A stretch of DNA of 64,000 nt from Pseudomonas phage PaBG. The first letter of the stretch is position 1. Each line of letters begins with the position of its first letter. The DNA lies in the sequence record KF147891.1; one strand, written 5' to 3'. Below are positions 25,984 to 33,838 of the stretch, one piece after another. A program made the translations under genes and the position numbers. The notes beneath the pieces were generated by a model, which did not search any database, had not been told where the DNA came from, and saw only the letters and a program-made list of their open reading frames with translations.

Positions 25984-27107
25984 TTGGCCACCTTGGCTTT
26001 GATGAACGGATGGGATTTGTACCCGTCGATGTGGATGTCTTCTAGCTTGAACTCGGTAATGGACGAGTACAGCTCTGCGCGATCCAGACTCAACACAGGA
26101 TAGTTGTCTTCCATGATCGGCCGCTGTAGTTGCTGACGCACTTGGTTGACGTGGTTGGAGTAGATATGCGCGTCGCCGAACGTGTGGAACAGCTTGCCTG
26201 ATGCCAGGCCGAATGCCTGTGCCAGCATGTGCGTCATGATAGAGTAGAAGCCGAAGTTAAAAGGCACGCCGAGGAAGAAATCCCCGCTACGCTGATAGAG
26301 CTTGCAGTCCAGCGTCGGTTGCCCGTGAGCACCTTCGCGCACGCACCATTGCGAAAGCGTATGGCACGGCGGCAGCGCCATCTCATCCAGACGGCTCACG
26401 TTCCACGCACTCAGAATAATGCGGCGACTGTCGCGGTTCTTCGCCAGTGCGTGTTCGATTTGCGCCAGCTGGTCGATACGGCGCTGAATGACGATTTCGT
26501 CCTTGCGACCAACGACGGCGACATTGAAGCCGCGCTTTATCCAGCCGTCTGGATCAGCCGACCACTGATCTGCGGTGATGATGCGCGTGTCTTCTTGAGC
26601 CCGCCATTGTGCCCCGTACACCGGACCCAGCTCGCCGTCGAGCAACTGGTGAGCATGTACGCCCTTGCTTGTCAGCCAAGCATCTTGCGCGTCCAGATCA
26701 TCTGGGTTCTCCAGCGACTCACGGAACGCGCTGAACTCATCCAGAAAGCCCATGCGTTCGCACTCTCGGATACGCTCGCTCCACTCCAGCAGTCGGCCAA
26801 AGATTTCGGTGCCCGGAATGACCCACTCGTTCCAGATGTTGACGCCGTTGTCGAGCAAGAACTTGACGTTGCTCTGCCCGCTCAGCATCCACACCAGTTC
26901 CTTGATGTACTTGTCGTACAGTACCTTCTTGGTGCTCGGAATAGGAACCAGCAGACGACCTTGTTCGTCCGTAAGCTCAAACTCCATGTTGATTGCACCG
27001 AACACAGAAATGGTGCCGACCCCAGTACGATCTTTACGCTCCTGACCGTTCTTCAGGATATACAGCAGCGCCCGCAGGTACTGCTCCTCATTCTGCTTTT
27101 GAATCAT
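25980..27107 (-). CDS. thyA: thymidylate synthase family protein (ThyA-like, 375 aa, with two large insertions)
   Basis: DRTGVGT, RRIILSAWNVSRLDEMALPPCH (catalytic Cys), YQRSGDFFLGVPFNFGFYS (Asn retained, so a dUMP-type pocket), GDAHIYSNH. Insertions after NIWNEW and before DSRR. Confidence 0.8.
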   Translation of the reverse strand: MIQKQNEEQYLRALLYILKNGQERKDRTGVGTISVFGAINMEFELTDEQGRLLVPIPSTKKVLYDKYIKELVWMLSGQSNVKFLLDNGVNIWNEWVIPGTEIFGRLLEWSERIRECERMGFLDEFSAFRESLENPDDLDAQDAWLTSKGVHAHQLLDGELGPVYGAQWRAQEDTRIITADQWSADPDGWIKRGFNVAVVGRKDEIVIQRRIDQLAQIEHALAKNRDSRRIILSAWNVSRLDEMALPPCHTLSQWCVREGAHGQPTLDCKLYQRSGDFFLGVPFNFGFYSIMTHMLAQAFGLASGKLFHTFGDAHIYSNHVNQVRQQLQRPIMEDNYPVLSLDRAELYSSITEFKLEDIHIDGYKSHPFIKAKVAK

Positions 27108-27636
27108 GCAATGCCTCCTCGATACCTTTCAGATTCTTCTTGATCCAATCGTTGTTGATTGGTCCCCAGTCTTTGACGTAAAGCGTGCGGTCGGCCCTGC
27201 GATCAACCGAAGCGCCCACAGACTTGGATAAGGTCATCAGCATCATTTCTACCGACTTCCTCGGCCAGCCCAGTTTGCTTACGAGCTGCAACTTGTCCAG
27301 CTTGTTGGTGTCTACCACATGCAGCAGATACATGCGCCGCAGGAATGGCGTGCTCGCTTGCGGTCCTTTCGGAACGTCAGCATTCGGAGCTTCTGCCAGA
27401 ATGGTTTCCCGTTCTCGGTCATTCATGTAGCGCCAGCGGAGAACACCCAACACCTCTTTCTTCACATGCAACGAGACGTGCTTGCCAAACGTCCACCATC
27501 CACTGCCGTCCCAGTATGCGTCCATGTACCAATCGCCATGTACGGTAGCGTCTTGTACGGCGTACCAACCGTGCTTTCGAGGAAGCCTGTCCTCAACGCT
27601 TGCCCACGGTCGAGTTTCGCCTTTCTTTGCAGCCAT
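27088..27636 (-). CDS. DUF551-like phage protein with C-terminal HTH-like region
   Basis: WASVEDRLPRKHGWYAV...DWYMDAYWDGSGWW resembles the DUF551 N-terminal pattern. First gene of the minus-strand cassette. Confidence 0.45.
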   Translation of the reverse strand: MAAKKGETRPWASVEDRLPRKHGWYAVQDATVHGDWYMDAYWDGSGWWTFGKHVSLHVKKEVLGVLRWRYMNDRERETILAEAPNADVPKGPQASTPFLRRMYLLHVVDTNKLDKLQLVSKLGWPRKSVEMMLMTLSKSVGASVDRRADRTLYVKDWGPINNDWIKKNLKGIEEALHDSKAE

Positions 27637-27672
27637 GTTAGTGGTTCCTTATTCATTGTCCCTCAGGTGTAG

Positions 27673-27701
27673 TTTACACTTCGGACCCACCGGTCAATAA
27701 T
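27673..27701 (+). promoter_or_regulatory. sigma70-like promoter candidate in the divergent intergenic region
   Basis: TTTACA-17 nt-AATAAT, followed by SD AGGAATCGAGGA and ATG 27732. The same 95-nt region presumably holds the promoter for the minus-strand cassette. Confidence 0.4.
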
Positions 27702-27731
27702 TTATACCCATTAGGAATCGAGGACAAACCC

Positions 27732-28061
27732 ATGCGTAACAGCCTTGAACTTGTGCTGAACCTGAAGGGACAGTGCAATATCAGACTGGGTGTGGATGCT
27801 TCTACCGGACACGGGTGCTTCCCATCGACCATACCGGCATCCGCATCCATCACGGTCTTCACCGACCAGATCGCCGAAGTGCGTGTCTCTGACAAGTACG
27901 TTCCGCACTGCTGCCCGAATCAGGGCTGCCACGCTCCAGCTGTAGTCAGGGGCGCACGCATCACTTTCACCGACCAGCTGGCCACACACCGCAGTAGCGA
28001 CGTGCTATCTTGCGGTGATCGTGCTTCCAATGGGTCCATTACGACGTATTCGGGTAACTGA
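27732..28061 (+). CDS. PAAR-like spike-tip protein candidate (gp5.4-like)
   Basis: 109 aa with repeated G/H/C/P pattern (TGHGCFPS..., PHCCPNQGCHAPAVVRGARITFTD...). Sits immediately upstream of gp25-like and gp6-like genes. Confidence 0.4.
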   Translation: MRNSLELVLNLKGQCNIRLGVDASTGHGCFPSTIPASASITVFTDQIAEVRVSDKYVPHCCPNQGCHAPAVVRGARITFTDQLATHRSSDVLSCGDRASNGSITTYSGN

Positions 28062-28062
28062 T

Positions 28063-28461
28063 ATGGCGGACATGCGCAACAGCCCGCTCTACTCCGACAT
28101 CAACCTTTACGTCGGACGCTTCTCAAACAAAGAGCTGGTCTACGACAACGAAGCGATCAACCAAAACATCTTCCTGATCATCACGACACCCATTCGTACA
28201 AAGTGGTTCCGGATTCGCTACGGGTCGAACATCCCGGCGTACCTGTTTGAACCCATGGACGATATGACCGCGATGCGGATTCGCGGTGAGATTCAAACGC
28301 TGCTGACTCGGAACGAGGAACTGCGCGTTACCATCGTCAGCACGCGGGTTGTTCCTGATTACGTCAACCAGGTGTATGCTGTGGAAATCGTGTACACCGC
28401 ACCAGACATCAGTGACCGACCCTTCACCTTCCAGTTCGGTTTGAACAAGCAAGCCGCGTAG
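28063..28461 (+). CDS. baseplate wedge protein gp25/GpW-like (lysozyme-fold)
   Basis: LYSDINLY...IFLIITTPIRTKWFRIRYGSNIPAYLFEPMD...VTIVSTRVVPDYVNQVYAVEIVY aligns with T4 gp25 (LYSDID...LLGIITTRKGSRPFDPEFGCDL...). Confidence 0.7.
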   Translation: MADMRNSPLYSDINLYVGRFSNKELVYDNEAINQNIFLIITTPIRTKWFRIRYGSNIPAYLFEPMDDMTAMRIRGEIQTLLTRNEELRVTIVSTRVVPDYVNQVYAVEIVYTAPDISDRPFTFQFGLNKQAA

Positions 28462-28469
28462 GATCAACC

Positions 28470-29933
28470 ATGACGCAACTTACCATCAGCAAAGTCGTCG
28501 TTGACGAACAGGACATCTATAACGAGCTGGCGCGGCGTCTCGCGGAAAAAGGCACATGGAAAGACCTACTGCCGACAAACGTAGGTTCGACCTTGATGAG
28601 CCTGGCGTCCGGTGCTGCGACTGTCAACCAGCACTATATCAACGTCAGCCTGCGCGAAGCGTTCCTCTCGACGGCGGTTCGTGATTCGTCCATCTTCCAC
28701 AATACGCGCAGCTTGGGTATCAAGATCAGCCGAAAGACTTCGGCGGGCGTTACCGTGCAGTTGCAAAACAACTTGGCGACAACCAAGTTCATCCCAGCGT
28801 ACAGTGCGTTCCTCGTGGGCAGCACCTACTTCTACAACCGCGAACAGTTGATGATTCCGCCTGGCGTGAGCATCGATGGGATCAACCTGTATCAAGGCGA
28901 AGTGCGGGAATATGAGTTCGACATCGACGCTCTTTCCGCGCAAGACCTGCAGACGTTCAAGCTCAATACTCCAGGCTTCATTGTCTCGGAGTACGATCTG
29001 GTCGTCTGGACAGAAGACAAGGTGAGCGGCAACACAACTGTCTGGGAACAAACGGATCAAGCGCTGTTTGAACTTGGTCCAACCGACCAGAAGTATTACG
29101 AGTTTACAGCGGGCGATGGCGACGTTGCATTCATGTTCGGCACTGGTGAGTACGGTGCACGTATCCCGTCGAACCACCTGTTGAAGATTCGCGCCATTAT
29201 CACCACTGGCACCAACGCAATCGGTATCAGCGGTGAGCGCGTTCGTATGGTGAGTCAGCCAGAAGTAAGTGGCTTCTCCACATCGAACGTAGCAGGCGGC
29301 AGTGACGAAAAGAGCGCCCTGTACTACAAGCTGTTCGCACCTACGATGTTCCGTTCCAATCGCAAGGCGATCAGCGCTACGGAAGTACGCGCCCACATCA
29401 TGAAGTATCCAGGCGTCGCCGATTGTCGGGTGTTCCCGCAGCGCGACATTGCACCGAATGACCCACGCTGGCAGAACGTCATGCGTGTGTGTATTCTGCC
29501 TGAGACGACTGATGACTGGGGTGGTGCAAACCCTAATCCGGTGAGTGCAGCCTGGGAACAGTTTGAACAGTGGTTGCTCGCACGTTGCCAAGCACTGGCG
29601 GAGATTCAGAAATGGAACCCGTCGAAGCTGTTCGTCAACGTGCAGGTGCTGCTCGCGGTTAATCCTGATGTGGACATCGAGGAAATGCGCATCGTCGTTA
29701 CGGAGCGTATCCTCAAGCTCTTCCAGCGCAAGCCCGGAATCCTGGGCCGTCGCCTGAGCTTGTCAGACATCGAAGGGGCGTGCCGCGTAGCTGGTGTGGA
29801 CTACATCGAAATCAAGTCCCCGACCGAAGAAATCATCCCGCCAGACCCAACGCAGTACGCGGTGCTTGACGGCTCCCCAATAGTCAACATCGTTTACTCA
29901 GAGCGCAAGGCTGGCACTGTTGGAGCCTTCTGA
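28470..29933 (+). CDS. baseplate J-like protein (gp6/GpJ family) candidate
   Basis: 487 aa; position directly after the gp25/W-like gene; SD AGGA. Assignment is by synteny and size only. Confidence 0.45.
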   Translation: MTQLTISKVVVDEQDIYNELARRLAEKGTWKDLLPTNVGSTLMSLASGAATVNQHYINVSLREAFLSTAVRDSSIFHNTRSLGIKISRKTSAGVTVQLQNNLATTKFIPAYSAFLVGSTYFYNREQLMIPPGVSIDGINLYQGEVREYEFDIDALSAQDLQTFKLNTPGFIVSEYDLVVWTEDKVSGNTTVWEQTDQALFELGPTDQKYYEFTAGDGDVAFMFGTGEYGARIPSNHLLKIRAIITTGTNAIGISGERVRMVSQPEVSGFSTSNVAGGSDEKSALYYKLFAPTMFRSNRKAISATEVRAHIMKYPGVADCRVFPQRDIAPNDPRWQNVMRVCILPETTDDWGGANPNPVSAAWEQFEQWLLARCQALAEIQKWNPSKLFVNVQVLLAVNPDVDIEEMRIVVTERILKLFQRKPGILGRRLSLSDIEGACRVAGVDYIEIKSPTEEIIPPDPTQYAVLDGSPIVNIVYSERKAGTVGAF

Positions 29934-32900
29934 TGGAAAAGCTCACATTCGATGGACTACAGCCTGAAATCTTTTTCTCGCAGCCGTGGTTCACCGACTT
30001 CACGGAAGTTTATGCGGACGTGCTGAATGATCGGATTCGCTATCCGATCTACCAGCTGGAGAACATCCGCAACGTACTGCAACTGGATGATCCTTACGTG
30101 GTCCTCCAGACGATCAAGCAGCTTGGTTTCGACTTGCCTAGCGACTTCATCCGCCATAACCTGAGCGTGTTGTCGCAGTCGATCCCGCAGCTGGCGTTGT
30201 ACGCTGAGCGCTCCGGCGCCAACGACTATGCCCGCTCCATGTCGTTCATCTTCGGGCGCAGCATCGACGCCACGCAACTGTTCACCGAAGACTACATCAA
30301 CTTCTACACGCAACCCTACGGGCCGTTGCTTGTCGATGGCGGCGAGTGGTACAAGACCACTCACATCGAACTTGGTATGCAGTATCTGGCGAGCGACTAC
30401 ACCCTGTTGCTCCCAAGAGGCAAGACGATCAAGGATCGTTTCCTTGACGCCTTCCACGAGTTTGCACCTTGGAACGTCGTGGTAGAACGCTTCTACTTCA
30501 TGGTGGACATCGAGATTCCTCTGTTCATCAGTGGTCGCATCGTCAAGCAGCCCAAGCGCTACATCGATGTTGGCGTGGGTGACTTGCACGTCGCCGACAT
30601 GAAGATCGTCGGCCCAGACGAAGTTTGGGAATCCAGCCAGCAGCGCTTTGAACTACAGGTCACCTTGCAGAACGGTACCGACGGCGGTGTTGATTACATC
30701 CCGCGTCGTCCGCTGCTGGGTACTGCACCGTGGAACGCATCGCTCTCGGACATCGCAGCATTCGAGGTGAAGTCGCTGGGCAACCAGATCATGGAGTTTA
30801 ATATTCCAGACGGTCACTTCGGTTATCTGTGCTACCCGAAAGCCATGGGTCTCGCCACTTTCACGGATACGAACCTCGGCATTCCCGGCGGCTGGGATGG
30901 TGCAAGCTGGCCAGAGGGTGACGTTGGCAGTACATTCGGCCCCATCGAAATTCAGCGTCAGGTTGGTGATACTGTCAGCACTTGGTACCTGTATCGGACA
31001 GACTTCGATAGTCTCGGCGATGTCAGCTATCAGGTTGACTTTGAAAACCCATTGGTCGATGAATCCGATGAGCAAACCACAGCCCAGTCTGACACGTTCG
31101 TTACACAGATCGTCACAGTCCCAGCCGAGTGGTTGAGCAACAAGACTGGCTTGGTGAATTGGGACGGCGGTTTGGCTTCGTTTGGTGCTGTTGGGTTGAA
31201 CACGGATGTGGTCATTTCCGCTGAATATCAAGGTCGCGCAGTGTCGAAAGCCGTGCGAGTGAAGAACAACGCAAGCAACATTCGCGCAATTCGCATTGAA
31301 GGTCCGGACGAAGTACGTGCGCAGGAATCCGCCATCTACGTGATCAAAGCCACGACCACTGGCGGCGAAGAGACCATAGACATTCCGATCACCACCAACT
31401 CTTTGCTCGGCTACATGCAAGGCAATGAGCTGACGGTGTACCAAATCGATGCCGATGGCTCGATCTTCCTGAGCGCTCTCTGCGAACTGCCTGATGGGCA
31501 GAAGCTGAAAGCCGTGAAGAAGGTTGCTGCCAAGTACGTCGATCCTGACGTATACATGACCTCGCTTGTCATCGACGGCCCAGCAGAGTTCTTCGAGAAT
31601 GAGGTGAAGCAGTATGCCTGCGTCGCCCATTACTCGGACGGCACGCAGAAAGGCGTTCTCGCAGTTTGGAACTCCGGCTGTGGTGGTGTGTACATCGCGC
31701 CCGATGGTGAGCTTCACGCAACGACTACCGAGCGCGACATCAAGCTCGTTCTGCGGGCCACGCACCAGCACAAAAAGACGGCGATGACGGCTGAGTTTCC
31801 TGTCACCTTCCGACGCCGCACTGTGTCGATTGTACACACGGAAATCCTCGGTCCGAACACCGTGATCGAGTTGACCCGAAACAAGTACGTCGTGGCTGCT
31901 CGATTCAGTGATGGCAGCAGCGGCTATGTCGATGCCGACTGGAGCTCCAATCGCTACTACGTCGATGATCGTGGTATTCTGGAAGTGGGTTCTGTAGGCA
32001 GTACGCCTGTGAACCTGCAACTGACCGCGAACGTCGATGGGCGCACAGCTATCAAGCAGGTTGTTGCAATTGACACGCCCATCGTGCTGGAGAACATTCT
32101 GGTACTCGGCCCGGATAACTTGCGCGAGGGCGACATCGGGAAATACACTGCCTACGCTCGTTACAGCAACGGGCGCGACGTGGAAATCCAACCTACGTGG
32201 TCGATTCGTGGTGCTCCGACCTGGGCGCAAGTCGATGCCAACGGTCTGTTGTCCTTCGCTTCGCCCCAAGAAGGTATCGTGGAGCTTGTTGCCACGTACC
32301 GTCTCGCGGGCCGTACATACGAACAGAGCAAGCCCATCGTGCTCATTCCGAAGTCGCGGTTGATTCAAGGCCTCATGGTGTCTGGTCCGAACACCGTGGA
32401 AGAAGGCAAGCGCATCGTGCTCACGGCCACTGCCGTGTACAACGACGGCTCGGTCGAAACGGTATCTCCTCTGTGGACTGTGCAGTCTGCTGACCCGTTG
32501 AACGATCCTGAGGCGATGGCCGACATCGTGTCGCCCGGTGTCTTGCAGGGCCGCACCGTGGAGAAAGACACCCGCGTGGTTGCTATTGCTCGCTACTTCA
32601 AGGAGATTGCTGAGTTTGAAATCACCGTGACTCCGATGATTCGCAACTCGCCGGACAAACCTGTGTCGAGTCGCATCATTGGTCCTGCGGCGTTCTACGC
32701 AGATCAGCGAGGCAGTTTCGCGCATGCCATTGTTTTCGAGGAATGTGCCGCCGAGCTGCTTGTCAGTAGCGACTGGACAATCGACGTGGACCCGAGTGTT
32801 GCAACGATTGATTCGGCTGGTTACGTCTGGTCAGTCAACGGCAAGAGCGTTACTGCGACGATCACTTCTACATACACGTGCGGCACGTACACCGTCGTGG

Positions 32901-33583
32901 ATAGTATCCTGGTGAACATCATCGGCCAGAGCGACGCACTGCGCGAGCTTGTGATCGAAGGCCCAGACACCGTGATCGGTGGACAGCTCACCTTGTATAC
33001 GGCTAGGTTGTTCCGTACTGGAGAAGTCGAGGGTGAAATCGTACAGCCGCAATTCTGGGAGATTGTTTCCCCAGACGGGCGTGCAACGATCAACGGCAGC
33101 GGTCAGGTGTACATCGTGGACTCCTCGCAGCCGTTCAGCTTCATCATCAAGGCGAAGTATCAGGAAGGTTTCGAGTCCGTTGAAGCGGTCAAAGAAATCA
33201 ACGTCATCAAAGATGCTCGCCCGATTCTCGGCATTGGTCCAATCGGTGTTCGGAACGATCCTGAAATCGCGCAGTATCTGACCACAGAGCTTCCTGGGTT
33301 GTCCAGCGGACAGCGCTTCACGCTGACTGCACCTGCTGGACAGTACATGTACTTCTGCTATCCGCAATCGCTTGGCTTGGCTACTTTCCGAGACATCGCT
33401 TCAAGTTTCGAGGGCGGTTGGGACGGAGCAAGCTGGCCTGATGATGGGACAGTAGGTGATCAGTACGGACCGATCGTCGTCCAGCGTGTCAATGAGTTAG
33501 GCGTTACTTCTACCTGGTATCTGTATCGTACCGACTTTGAAGGTATCGGCACGTTCACCTATGAAGTGACTTTCGGCAATTAA
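29933..33583 (+). CDS. large baseplate-associated fibre protein with Ig-like repeats and two copies of the GGWDGASWP / WYLYRTDF module
   Basis: 1216 aa. The N-terminal ~280 aa form a possible baseplate-attachment (GpI-like) region. Module copy 1 is at aa ~287-370 (nt ~30790-31045). Ig-like repeats (GPDEV..., GPNTV..., GPDNL...) occupy nt ~31260-33200. Module copy 2 is at the C-terminus (nt ~33290-33580). Confidence 0.65.
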   Translation: MEKLTFDGLQPEIFFSQPWFTDFTEVYADVLNDRIRYPIYQLENIRNVLQLDDPYVVLQTIKQLGFDLPSDFIRHNLSVLSQSIPQLALYAERSGANDYARSMSFIFGRSIDATQLFTEDYINFYTQPYGPLLVDGGEWYKTTHIELGMQYLASDYTLLLPRGKTIKDRFLDAFHEFAPWNVVVERFYFMVDIEIPLFISGRIVKQPKRYIDVGVGDLHVADMKIVGPDEVWESSQQRFELQVTLQNGTDGGVDYIPRRPLLGTAPWNASLSDIAAFEVKSLGNQIMEFNIPDGHFGYLCYPKAMGLATFTDTNLGIPGGWDGASWPEGDVGSTFGPIEIQRQVGDTVSTWYLYRTDFDSLGDVSYQVDFENPLVDESDEQTTAQSDTFVTQIVTVPAEWLSNKTGLVNWDGGLASFGAVGLNTDVVISAEYQGRAVSKAVRVKNNASNIRAIRIEGPDEVRAQESAIYVIKATTTGGEETIDIPITTNSLLGYMQGNELTVYQIDADGSIFLSALCELPDGQKLKAVKKVAAKYVDPDVYMTSLVIDGPAEFFENEVKQYACVAHYSDGTQKGVLAVWNSGCGGVYIAPDGELHATTTERDIKLVLRATHQHKKTAMTAEFPVTFRRRTVSIVHTEILGPNTVIELTRNKYVVAARFSDGSSGYVDADWSSNRYYVDDRGILEVGSVGSTPVNLQLTANVDGRTAIKQVVAIDTPIVLENILVLGPDNLREGDIGKYTAYARYSNGRDVEIQPTWSIRGAPTWAQVDANGLLSFASPQEGIVELVATYRLAGRTYEQSKPIVLIPKSRLIQGLMVSGPNTVEEGKRIVLTATAVYNDGSVETVSPLWTVQSADPLNDPEAMADIVSPGVLQGRTVEKDTRVVAIARYFKEIAEFEITVTPMIRNSPDKPVSSRIIGPAAFYADQRGSFAHAIVFEECAAELLVSSDWTIDVDPSVATIDSAGYVWSVNGKSVTATITSTYTCGTYTVVDSILVNIIGQSDALRELVIEGPDTVIGGQLTLYTARLFRTGEVEGEIVQPQFWEIVSPDGRATINGSGQVYIVDSSQPFSFIIKAKYQEGFESVEAVKEINVIKDARPILGIGPIGVRNDPEIAQYLTTELPGLSSGQRFTLTAPAGQYMYFCYPQSLGLATFRDIASSFEGGWDGASWPDDGTVGDQYGPIVVQRVNELGVTSTWYLYRTDFEGIGTFTYEVTFGN

Positions 33584-33593
33584 GGAATCCTGT

Positions 33594-33833
33594 ATGAACG
33601 AAATCAAAATGAGCACCGGCCGTAGCGTGTTGAACCCGCTGGCCCTAGCTCAACCCGCAGCAGAACAGGCAGTTGCTGGCAACGACAAGCAAGTTGCGAT
33701 TGCCGCAGTCGATAACTCCACTGACGGCGTGTGCCCCAAGTGCCGCGCCACGATGGCAACCGCCTTCATCCCGCTGGGTCAGGTGTACTACTGCTCCACT
33801 TGCCGCGTGACCACGCCCATCCCTGAGGAGTAA
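33594..33833 (+). CDS. small zinc-ribbon protein (CPKC...CSTC)
   Basis: 79 aa with SD AAGGA. Lies between two fibre genes. Confidence 0.45.
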   Translation: MNEIKMSTGRSVLNPLALAQPAAEQAVAGNDKQVAIAAVDNSTDGVCPKCRATMATAFIPLGQVYYCSTCRVTTPIPEE

Positions 33834-33838
33834 TTGCC

